Source: Dehalococcoidia bacterium
GTDB lineage: Bacteria > Chloroflexota > Dehalococcoidia > Lucifugimonadales > UBA3495
Direction: 5' to 3'
NCBI GenBank assembly: GCA_963667765.2
Contig: CAXXON010000001.1
Location: 1,055,087-1,119,086 of the forward strand
Length of the DNA: 64,000 bases
Shown: one piece after another, positions 53,891 through 62,264 of the stretch
Layout: each line of letters begins with the position of its first letter
Numbering within the stretch: the stretch's first letter is position 1
Notes under the pieces: model-generated
Databases searched by the model: none
What the model saw: the letters and a program-made list of their open reading frames with translations, nothing else
What the model was told of the DNA's origin: nothing
Program-made: the position numbers and the translations under genes

Positions 53891-54805
53891 GTGACATCCA
53901 GTAACATTGTCGGTTCCGGAGACTACAGCTACGAAATGAACCCCGACTGGGCCAAGCTTCCCGAGGGTTGGGAGATGCCCAGCGCGGCGGTGTACGGCGA
54001 CTCCAACGACCGGGTATACGCCTTCAACCGCGATCCCGAGCATCCCGTCTGCATCTTCGACAAGGAAGGCAACTTCGTCTCGGCCTGGGGCGCCGGCCTC
54101 ATATCCTTCGCCCACTCCATTCTGCTGGACAGCAACGACAATGTCTGGCTGATTGACCGAAACACCCACGAGGTCCACAAGTACACCGGCGACGGCCAGC
54201 ACATCATGACCATCGGCCAGAAGGGCGTGCGCTCCGACACCGGCGTCGACCCCGACGACTACAGCTCCACCGCCTTCCAGTCAGTAACTCACGGCGGCCC
54301 TCCCTTCAATATGCCCGCCGGCATCGCCCTCAACGATGAGGGCCAGATCTTCATAGCCGACGGCTACGCCAACGCCCGCGTCCACAAGTTCACCCCCGAC
54401 GGCCAGCTCATCAAGTCCTGGGGCGAACCCGGCGATGGCCCCGGACAGTTCCGTCTGCCTCACGGCATCTGGATCGACCGCCAGGGCCAGGTGCTCGTGG
54501 CCGACCGGGAGAATGACCGGGTGCAGGTGTTCACCCAGGAGGGTGAGTACATCACCACGTGGCCCAGCAAGCTCATCGGCCCGGCCCTCTTCTACATCGA
54601 CTCCGACGATGTGGTGTACATCCCGGAGCACAACGGGGGACTGTTCAGCGTGCTCTCGCCCGACGGCGAGATCATCACCCAGTGGGGCTCCGAGTTGCAT
54701 CGGTCCTGCCACGGGGTGTGGGCCGACTCCAGCAAGGACCTGTACTTCGTCATGCCCGGCGAATGGGGACGCAGCCGCCGCGTCGTAAAGTTCCACCGCC
54801 GCTAG
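53891..54805 (+). CDS. NHL-repeat six-bladed beta-propeller protein
   Basis: 304 aa. Repeated ...P.GIA.D..G.i.VAD..N.R.. units (for example FNMPAGIALNDEGQIFIADGYANARVHKF, FRLPHGIWIDRQGQVLVADRENDRVQVF). GTG start. Confidence 0.7.
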   Translation: MTSSNIVGSGDYSYEMNPDWAKLPEGWEMPSAAVYGDSNDRVYAFNRDPEHPVCIFDKEGNFVSAWGAGLISFAHSILLDSNDNVWLIDRNTHEVHKYTGDGQHIMTIGQKGVRSDTGVDPDDYSSTAFQSVTHGGPPFNMPAGIALNDEGQIFIADGYANARVHKFTPDGQLIKSWGEPGDGPGQFRLPHGIWIDRQGQVLVADRENDRVQVFTQEGEYITTWPSKLIGPALFYIDSDDVVYIPEHNGGLFSVLSPDGEIITQWGSELHRSCHGVWADSSKDLYFVMPGEWGRSRRVVKFHRR

Positions 54806-56537
54806 GCGACGGATTCCGCACTACCGCGAAGGGCGCGGGGCTTGCGGGCCAAACGCGCCCTTTGCTATCATGGACGTCTGCTGTGGGGCTGTAGCTCACT
54901 TGGGAGAGCGCTTCAATGGCATTGAAGAGGTAGAGGGTTCGATCCCCTCCAGCTCCACCATTTTTGACGATAGGCAGAACCGCGCCGTCCAGGGCCACCT
55001 TCTCGGTGGCCCCTCCGGGTATGATGCTATCTTCGGGCATGGGCACGGTATAGCGCAGCAGGGCGTCGTCGGGAGTTACGACGATCTCCTTGACGAAGGA
55101 TTCAATGAACGCCCTCCGCTCGGTGAGCTCGCTCTCCACCAGGAAGTCCTGCATGTCCCTGGCGTAGGCCGCGATGGTCTCCACGTCGTCCAGCACCTCC
55201 CGGCGATCCGCCAGGATGGTCCTGGCCGCCGCCGCCGCTTCCTCCAAACGCTCCTGCCGCTCCCGGTGCTCCCTGATGCGGTCCGAGGCGTCGGCCATCT
55301 CGATGTCGCTGTTCTCGATGAAGTGCCAGACACGGGCCAGCTTCCGCTTGACCTCCTCCAGCTCCGTCTCCACGGTCTCCAGCCGCTTGCGCTGCTCGGC
55401 GGCAATGCCGTCCATCTCCTCGTCCACTGCCTTGACCAACTGGGTGATGCTGCTCTCGGTGAGAATATTGGAGCGGATCTTCTCCACCACCAGTTCCTCG
55501 AAGCGGCGGGCGTTGAGCCTGGGGGAATCGCAGGCGCCGCTGCCCTGCTTGATGAGAGACTGGCAGACGTAGTAGGCGAACTGGCCGCTCTTGGCGTCCT
55601 GGCCGGAAAGCGCCCGCTTGCATTTGTGGCACTTGAGCAGCCCGCTGAGCAGGTAGGTGCTGCCGACGCGGCGGGGGTGAGTCCGCTTGGGCGCGCGGGA
55701 GTGCATCAGCTTGTTGACGCGGCGGAACTGGGCCTTGGTGACAATGGCGGGAAAAGCCTTTTCGATGCGCACCGGCTCGGTCTTGTCCTTCCCCTTGGTG
55801 CCCCAGACCAGAGTCCCCGTGTAGACCTCGTTCCTGAGGATGAAGTGGACGCCGTTCTTGGACCAGAGCTTGCCGGTGGGGCTGGCGATGCCCTCGTCGT
55901 TGAGGGTGCGGGTGATCTTGAGCATTCCGGTGCCGGCCTCGGCCAAGTCGTAGATGCGTTTGACTACCTGGGCGGCGTCTTCGTCCAGTTCCAGGGTGGG
56001 GCGCTTCTTGGCGCCGTCCGGCACCATCACCCGGTTGTAGCCGTAGGGTGTGCGGCTGCCCATCCAGTAGCCCCGGGAGGCGGCCTCGCGCATACCGCGC
56101 TTTACTTCTTCGGCAAGATTTTCGCTGTAGAACTCGTCCACGGACTCGATGATGGCCTCCATGAGCTTGCCGGTGGGGGTGTCGTCGGCGTGCTCGGTGA
56201 TGGAGACGACGCGGACACCCTTGCGCCTCAGCATGGACTTGAAAGCCACGGCGTGCTCCCGCTTGCGGGTGAAGCGACTAAATTTCCAGACGAGAATCTC
56301 CTGGAAAGGGGCATTGGACCTGCCGGCCTCGTCGATCATCTTCCTGAACTGGGGCCTATCGGCGATTCTGCCGCTCTCGGCCTCGTCGACGAACTCCCGG
56401 ACCACCAGGTAGCCGTTCCTGCTGGCGTATTCGCGGAGAGCCCGCATCTGGGCGGCGACGGACAGGTCCACGTCCTGGCGGTCGCTGGAGACCCGGGCGT
56501 AGAGGGCTGCGGGTGTGGCGTCGTGTTTGTTACTCAT
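54750..56537 (-). CDS. Large serine recombinase (integrase of the element)
   Basis: ...ALYARVSSDRQ... catalytic Ser context, recombinase domain, Cys-rich zinc ribbon (CHKCKRAL...YYVCQS) and a long coiled coil. ATG 56537 follows GGAGGAG. The last ~69 codons are read from the antisense of tRNA-Ala and host DNA, so the real C-terminus is uncertain. Confidence 0.85.
   Translation of the reverse strand: MSNKHDATPAALYARVSSDRQDVDLSVAAQMRALREYASRNGYLVVREFVDEAESGRIADRPQFRKMIDEAGRSNAPFQEILVWKFSRFTRKREHAVAFKSMLRRKGVRVVSITEHADDTPTGKLMEAIIESVDEFYSENLAEEVKRGMREAASRGYWMGSRTPYGYNRVMVPDGAKKRPTLELDEDAAQVVKRIYDLAEAGTGMLKITRTLNDEGIASPTGKLWSKNGVHFILRNEVYTGTLVWGTKGKDKTEPVRIEKAFPAIVTKAQFRRVNKLMHSRAPKRTHPRRVGSTYLLSGLLKCHKCKRALSGQDAKSGQFAYYVCQSLIKQGSGACDSPRLNARRFEELVVEKIRSNILTESSITQLVKAVDEEMDGIAAEQRKRLETVETELEEVKRKLARVWHFIENSDIEMADASDRIREHRERQERLEEAAAAARTILADRREVLDDVETIAAYARDMQDFLVESELTERRAFIESFVKEIVVTPDDALLRYTVPMPEDSIIPGGATEKVALDGAVLPIVKNGGAGGDRTLYLFNAIEALSQVSYSPTADVHDSKGRVWPASPAPFAVVRNPSPSGGGTLRRGGCVPIRRA
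54842..54871 (+). promoter_or_regulatory. Possible promoter of tRNA-Ala
   Basis: TTGCGG (54842-54847), an 18-nt spacer, then TATCAT (54866-54871), 13 nt before the tRNA 5' end. Confidence 0.3.
54885..54960 (+). tRNA. tRNA-Ala (anticodon GGC), CCA-encoded
   Basis: Hand-folded cloverleaf. Acceptor GGGGCTG / CAGCTCC with a G3:U70 pair (Ala identity). Anticodon stem CTTCA / TGAAG with loop aTGGCat. T-arm GAGGG-TTCGATC-CCCTC. Ends ACCA. Confidence 0.9.
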
Positions 56538-56760
56538 GGTTGTCTCCTCCTTGTGCATCGTCATGCCCCTTCCACCGGGAGCGCAGGCGTTGCAGGCGCT
56601 GCTCACGGCGCAGTTCCCTATCTTCCATGTACAATCGGAGGGCCTCGCGCACCAGTTCGCTCATGTCGCGGCCCTCTTCCTCCTTCACCCGCTGCACCTG
56701 CTCGAACATATCGGGCGGCAGGGAAAAGGTGATGGTCCTGGAAATGCGGCGTGGGGGCAT
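56530..56760 (-). CDS. Ribbon-helix-helix (CopG/Arc-like) protein
   Basis: 76 aa. ...RTITFSLPPDMFEQVQRVKEEEGRDMSELVREALRLYM... fits a beta-strand plus two helices. It overlaps the recombinase start by 8 nt. Confidence 0.6.
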   Translation of the reverse strand: MPPRRISRTITFSLPPDMFEQVQRVKEEEGRDMSELVREALRLYMEDRELRREQRLQRLRSRWKGHDDAQGGDNHE

Positions 56761-56865
56761 GGTCTCTCTTTTTGCCTGTGTGTGTATGGTAGTGTCTTAC
56801 TATATATCATCGGACATCAGGCCCTCCCCGTCAAGGAGCGGTGCGTCTCCATGGGGTGAATAGCT

Positions 56866-56889
56866 GCGGCCCAGCCATTGCTGGGCCGC
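56866..56889 (-). terminator. Perfect 10-bp hairpin between small element genes
   Basis: GCGGCCCAGC-catt-GCTGGGCCGC. No T-tract. Confidence 0.35.
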
Positions 56890-56938
56890 CTATCCGTGAT
56901 GGTGTTGCTCCTATGGGCTGCGGGTTCGGGTCAGGCAT

Positions 56939-57157
56939 TCAGACCTCGTCCTCCTTTAGCGGCTCAGTCTCGGCCTGGAGTTCTCCCTCGCGCTGGCGGA
57001 GGTAAGAGCGGATGGCGACCCTGGCCCAGATCCCGAGCCCGTTGCGGATCAGCCGCCGCTGCTCCGGCGTGTAGGACACCGCCGGGCCGCCAGTGCTGGC
57101 TCCGGTGTTCCGCTTGCCGGTTTTCTCAGGTTTCTTCTTTCCTTTATCGTCTTTCAT
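56939..57157 (-). CDS. Small basic hypothetical protein (72 aa)
   Basis: The start is set at the internal ATG 57157 (MKDDKGKKKPEK...). ORF evidence only, with no clear RBS. Confidence 0.3.
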   Translation of the reverse strand: MKDDKGKKKPEKTGKRNTGASTGGPAVSYTPEQRRLIRNGLGIWARVAIRSYLRQREGELQAETEPLKEDEV

Positions 57158-57266
57158 TTGGCATAATCGCAGCGGCCTCTCCCGGGGCCGCTGGCCTCTC
57201 GTTGGGGGTTGGTGGCAGGGCCGCCGGCGCGGGCGGACAGGGCGAGCGCCGGCGGCTATGGCATGG

Positions 57267-57587
57267 TCAGTTCCCGCAGCAGGCCCTGCGGACGCCCTCC
57301 CCCAGGAGGATGTCCAGGCCGCCTTGCACCTGGTTGGCGAACGTGTAGAGGGCCTGCACGGCTCCTCCGCAGGGTTCGACACCCTTGCGCCAGCGGTAGA
57401 CCTGCTTATGGCTCACGCCCAGGGCGCGGGCCATGCCGCTCCAGGTGAGGCCGCTGGCTTCCCGGAGGCGTTCGAGACGCTCCGGGAAGTCGTCCGGCAG
57501 CAGGCTGAAGAAGGGCAGGTAGCCCTGGTGTTCCACGGGCCGCTCCGGACTCCCGTCATCCGTGGGTCCGGCGCTATTGTTGTTCAT
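57267..57587 (-). CDS. HTH-domain protein
   Basis: 106 aa. ...LTWSGMARALGVSHKQVYRWRKG... is helix-turn-helix-like. Strong GGAGGTG RBS. Confidence 0.55.
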   Translation of the reverse strand: MNNNSAGPTDDGSPERPVEHQGYLPFFSLLPDDFPERLERLREASGLTWSGMARALGVSHKQVYRWRKGVEPCGGAVQALYTFANQVQGGLDILLGEGVRRACCGN

Positions 57588-57861
57588 CGGTCACCTCCAA
57601 TCGAAAGAGCTGGTGAAAGTCGTCGAGGCCGAGGGCCTTCAGCATCCGCTGGCGGATGCGGCCGGAGGGCGCTCGCCCCTCGTTGACCAGCTTCGACAGG
57701 TAGCCCGGGGTGAGGCCGGCCTCATTGGCCAGCCAGTTCTGGGAGCGGTTGAGCATTGCCAGCCGGTCCCAGAGGGCCGCCGCGTCGAGCCGGACAACGG
57801 TCCGTCCCCCGCCCCTCCGGAGCCCTCCCTGACTATCGTTTTTCCCGTCTTTCTCACGCAT
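57574..57861 (-). CDS. XRE-family HTH transcriptional regulator
   Basis: 95 aa. ...NRSQNWLANEAGLTPGYLSKLVNEGR... Strong GGAGGAG RBS. It overlaps the next gene by 14 nt. Confidence 0.6.
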   Translation of the reverse strand: MREKDGKNDSQGGLRRGGGRTVVRLDAAALWDRLAMLNRSQNWLANEAGLTPGYLSKLVNEGRAPSGRIRQRMLKALGLDDFHQLFRLEVTDEQQ

Positions 57862-57892
57862 CGTTCTCCTCCTTCCGTGTTCCGGCGATTCC

Positions 57893-59544
57893 TTATTGCG
57901 GCGGCATGGACTGGGGCGACTCCCACCTGTCGGGCGACCGCCAGGCGCTCCCCAGCGGCCCCATTTGCTCGACGGCCTCTCTATGGGAGACCCACAGGGG
58001 CACGGCGACCCTGGCGGACTGCATCTCCTCTCTTGCCACCCGCAGGAAGTGGGTGGCGGCGATATCGTCGTCGAAGACCACCAGGACCGAGGGAAGGACG
58101 CCGTGGTCGTCGGTGGGACGGTGGGAGGAGAAGTAGCGCAGGTAGGGGGCCAGGCGGTCCGACATGGTGGAGGGCCTGACGGCGCGGCGCTCCCACTCCA
58201 GGAGGAAGGGCCAGGCGGCGCCGTCCTTGCGCAGCAGGCCGAAGGCGTCGGGGTTGACCGAGCGCATCCGGTCCTGGTGTCGGAAGTAGCGGAAGGCCCG
58301 CCTGGGCGGGTCCAGTTGCGACACCTCCCAGCCCAGCAGCCGGGCCTGGCCGGTCATGGCGGCCAGGAAGGCGTGGACGGCGGCGGTGTGCTCGATGTTG
58401 CGGAGCAGCTGGCGGCCGTTCCTGCCGGAGACGTTGCGCCAGCCGTAATCGGCCTGGGCGTCCTCCGCGGCGATGCTCCACCGCTTCTTGGCCACGGCCA
58501 GGGAGGTGCGGTCGCGGCGGGCCAGCAGGGCCAGGCCCCGGTCGGTGAGGGCCATGCGTCCTCCCGCCTCGCGGGGGCGGGCCACCAGGCCGAAGCCCTC
58601 CAGGGGGTTGACCAACTGGGATGCCCTGGGAACCGAGACGCCCATAAGTCCGGCCAGTTCCCTGATAGCCAGCCAGGGCCAGTCGGATACCAGGTCCAGG
58701 GCGCGCTTCTCGGCGGCCTTGAGCAGCACGGGCAGCAGGTGGTCGGGGATGTCCCAGCCGGGGCCTTCCACCGCGAAATCGTCGGGCACCGTGGCCCGCT
58801 GCGGCTCCTCCTCTACGGGAAGCTCCCCGCCGGGGGCAGCCCTTTCCAGGACGTAGCGCAGGTCCAGGGCGGCGTTGACGGCGGGGGGACTCCAGATCCG
58901 GTCGCCCGCCCTGGCCAGGGCCGCCTGGCTTTCCACGGCCAGCAGGGCCGGTACGGGGGAGGCGGACAGCAGCCGGCGGGCGTGCCGGAGCCGCACCTCG
59001 TCGGCCACGAGGACCAGCACCGTGCCGGGCACGGCCCCCTCCCGCAGCCGCCAGAGCCGCTTGGCGAAGCCGGTGCGGTCGGCGGTCAGGCCCTGCCGCA
59101 GGATGCCCACGGTCTTCCCGCCCGGCAGGGTCAGGCCGGCGTCCAGGGGCAGGGAGCGGTACCAGAGGAATCGGACGGGGAAGGCCACGGTGGAGACGGC
59201 GCAGGCCAGCCGGTAGATGACGGCCAGGGCGTCCAGGCGCTCCATCAGGCTGCGCCGCCACTGGGCGGACACGGGATAGATTCGCACCAGTTCCTCCGGT
59301 GACAGTCCCTGCTCTGCCGCGAGACGGCACAGCCCGGCGGCGGTGAGGTGGAACCTCCGTGTCGGCGGCAGGGGGTCGGCGGCGTGGGGCGCCGGGGCAC
59401 AGAACCCGCCGTCCTCCAGCCTCTCCACCGCGCCGTAGACGCGCCCCGGGACCAGCCCGAAAGCTCGACCATCTCCAGCCGGTCCAGGAAGGGCATCTGG
59501 GCCAGCAGGCGCAGCAGTTCGGCCTCGCATCCTGCGGGTCTCAT
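57893..59544 (-). pseudogene. Replication-relaxation-family (MarR-like wHTH) protein gene, interrupted by a 1-nt frameshift
   Basis: ATG 59544 forms an ATGA overlap with the upstream stop and opens MRPAGCEAELLRLLAQMPFLDRLEMVELSGWSRG. The homologous-looking continuation RVYGAVERLEDGGF... runs in the adjacent frame (the 576-aa ORF) from about 59443 down to 57893. Confidence 0.55.
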
Positions 59545-62186
59545 TCCCCGGCCTCCCCGTCGCCGCTCTCTGCCTCGTGGCCGTCGGCCTCACGGTCGTC
59601 TGCGTCGCCGCCGGCCTCATCACCTATCGCGCCATCGGGGGCTTCTTTCTTTCTGCTGCGCTGGTCCTTTCGGGCGGGGCCTTGCTCGCCTTCCGGCTTC
59701 TCCTCCTGCTCCTCGCCTTCGCTGTCCAGGTCCTCCATGCCCTGGTGGTACTCGTCCACCTTCCGGTGGCCGTCGGCGTCTTGGTAATCCGCCTGCCGCG
59801 CCGGAACGGTGTAGCCCTCCGTTGCGGCGCGGATGCGTTCAGCTATGTCGGAATTGCCCGGCTCCGGTTTGCGCACCATCATGGAGAAGGCGGGCATCCT
59901 TTCGGCGCCCACGGTGGCCCGCACGTAGCAGTGGTGCACGTCCAGGGAGGTGACGTCGTCTTCGACCACCCGCTCCTTGCCCAGCTCCCACACCAGCTGC
60001 CGGGCGTCGTTGCCGGACACCTGGAACACGGCCAGGCAGCCCACGTTGGCCAGGATGGTGTCGCGCATGGTGGGGGAGAGGTCGTCCAGCTTGGCCAGGC
60101 TCTGGGTGGCCAGGATGAAACTGGCGCCGAACTTGCCCAGCTCCGACAACATGCTTTCGTAGTCCACGCCGGGCATGGACTGCATCTCGTCCACCACCAC
60201 CAACGCGCCCCGGCGTTGCGAAAACGCCAGCCCGCCCTGCTCCCGGATCACCGAGTCCACCAGGTTGAGCAGGGAGGCTCCCACCAGGGCGGCCACGTCC
60301 CTACCCACGGTGCCCTGGGCGGTGGACACCAGCAGCACGCCGCCGCCCTGGATGGTGCGGCGCAGGTCGATGGTGGAGCGGCGCTGGGCCAAGATGGCCC
60401 GCGCCCGTTTCGACGAGGCGTAGTAGGACAGGCGGGTCTGCACCGGTGCCAGGGCCTCGGCCTTGTACTGGTGGTGCCACCGGCCGAAGTCCCGGGCCCA
60501 CCACTCCAGCAGGTAGGGATCGGAGACTTTCTTCAGCGCGTCCTTGCGGAAGTTGTCGTCGGAGAGGAGCTTCAGCCCATCCAGGATGGTGTACTGCCGG
60601 TCGGCCTCCACCTGCTCGTTGGCCTCGTGGAGGGTCTTGACCGTCTGTTCCAGGATGGACTGCATCCGGGGACCCCACTGTTCCCACAATCCTTTCGCCA
60701 CCCTGACCACCGAGTCGGCGGTGCGGTCCCGGTCGGCGAACACGCGGGTGTCCAGCAGGTTGATGCCGGGGGAGCGGGTCGCGTCGGCCAGGTCTATCAG
60801 CCTTACTTTGTCGATGAGGGATTCGGGGACCTGCTCCAGGATGGCGGCCACCAGGTCGGCGTGGGGGTCGACCACCACGATGGCGTCGCTGTCGCGGCCC
60901 TCGGCCTTTTCCCTGAGCTTGTGGGCGACTATGTGGTGCATCAGGGTGGACTTGCCCATGCGGGTGCGGGCCACGTAGAGGTGGTGGCGGCGCAGCAGGT
61001 CCTCGGGGAAGCGGATTTCCCGCTTGGCCCCGGCGGTGGTGTCGCCCACCAGGGCGCCGCCCCGCACGCCCCTGGCCGAGGGCAAGAGCGCCCGGGAGCC
61101 GGAGCGTTCCACCAAGGGAGTCTCGTCCCTTTCGCCGGGCGGGTGCCACAGGGACGCCACCTCCCTGACCCCCAGGACGCTGCGCCGGCCGAACAGTCCC
61201 GGACCGGCGGGGTGCAGGTTGGCGGTTGGAACCAATGGACTGACCTTGCTCACCTTGAACCTGGCCCCGGCGGGATGGTCGTAGTGGCGGTAGGCGGCGG
61301 CCACCGGCTCCAGCAGTTCCCTGGCCCGCTGCGGCCCGGTGCCGGCGGGCAGGACGGCGACCACCTGGAGTTCGGCGTCGAAGGCGATGCGGGAGACCTT
61401 CTCCCGGATCAGCACCGGGTCGTAAACCCGGCGGCGGGCCTGCTTCCAGCGCCACCAGGCCCAGCCGGCCACGGTCAGGCCGGAAACGCAGCCCAGGCCC
61501 AGGAGCGACGCCTTGAGGATCTCCCCGTCCTGCACCCACAGGTAGCCCCGCACGGCGGCCAGCGCACCCACGCCCAGCACGGCCATGGTCACTCCGTCCA
61601 GCTTCAAGGGCCCGGTCTGGTAGGTGTAGGAGGGCTCTCGGTTCTCGGGGATGGCCGCCTTGTGGGCGCGGACTTGGTGGGACTGGGACCAGTCGGGGCC
61701 CAGGGAGCGCAAGAGCAGCCGGGCCACCACCCGCTCCCCCTGGTACAGGGCCGAGAGCGCGCCCATCAGGGCGATGAGGGGGTCGGAGCCCGGGTCCAGC
61801 AAGTCGTCGTCCCGGAAGGTGCGCAGGGGCACGTACTCCGGGCCGTCGGCCCGCAGGGTCATTCCCCACGCCTGATCGCCGCCTTGCAGCCGCAGGGGGT
61901 CTTCATCGGCGGGCACCTCCCGGATGCGGGCCTGGGGGTAGTGGGCGGCGATCTGGCCCCGCACCACCCGGTCGTCCTGGCAGCGGGCCAGCAGGGTCAC
62001 GCCGTCCATGTCCCCGGCGATCTCCAATGAGAATGGTTCGGGAACGGCGATGGACTGGAGCAGGTTCTCCACCCCCAGCAGGGTGCGCTCCCCGGCCCGG
62101 GGCGGCGTCACCGCCAAGAGCACGGGAGGGCGCCTGTCGCGTCCGTCGCCGACCAGGACTTTCTTGATGTTGATGTTGATATTCAT
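59541..62186 (-). CDS. Type IV secretion coupling protein (TraD/VirD4/TcpA-like ATPase)
   Basis: Two TM helices near aa 210-260, Walker A VARTRMGKST, Walker B ALVVVDEMQS, and an acidic D/E/G-rich tail. The start is ATG 62186 (GAGAGG upstream) or ATG 62213. Confidence 0.75.
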   Translation of the reverse strand: MNININIKKVLVGDGRDRRPPVLLAVTPPRAGERTLLGVENLLQSIAVPEPFSLEIAGDMDGVTLLARCQDDRVVRGQIAAHYPQARIREVPADEDPLRLQGGDQAWGMTLRADGPEYVPLRTFRDDDLLDPGSDPLIALMGALSALYQGERVVARLLLRSLGPDWSQSHQVRAHKAAIPENREPSYTYQTGPLKLDGVTMAVLGVGALAAVRGYLWVQDGEILKASLLGLGCVSGLTVAGWAWWRWKQARRRVYDPVLIREKVSRIAFDAELQVVAVLPAGTGPQRARELLEPVAAAYRHYDHPAGARFKVSKVSPLVPTANLHPAGPGLFGRRSVLGVREVASLWHPPGERDETPLVERSGSRALLPSARGVRGGALVGDTTAGAKREIRFPEDLLRRHHLYVARTRMGKSTLMHHIVAHKLREKAEGRDSDAIVVVDPHADLVAAILEQVPESLIDKVRLIDLADATRSPGINLLDTRVFADRDRTADSVVRVAKGLWEQWGPRMQSILEQTVKTLHEANEQVEADRQYTILDGLKLLSDDNFRKDALKKVSDPYLLEWWARDFGRWHHQYKAEALAPVQTRLSYYASSKRARAILAQRRSTIDLRRTIQGGGVLLVSTAQGTVGRDVAALVGASLLNLVDSVIREQGGLAFSQRRGALVVVDEMQSMPGVDYESMLSELGKFGASFILATQSLAKLDDLSPTMRDTILANVGCLAVFQVSGNDARQLVWELGKERVVEDDVTSLDVHHCYVRATVGAERMPAFSMMVRKPEPGNSDIAERIRAATEGYTVPARQADYQDADGHRKVDEYHQGMEDLDSEGEEQEEKPEGEQGPARKDQRSRKKEAPDGAIGDEAGGDADDREADGHEAESGDGEAGE

Positions 62187-62264
62187 ATTGGTTGCCTCTC
62201 TATCAGTTGTCATTGACGTTGATGCCGGATGAAGAATGCGATTGACCGCAGACCCGGAACGTAT

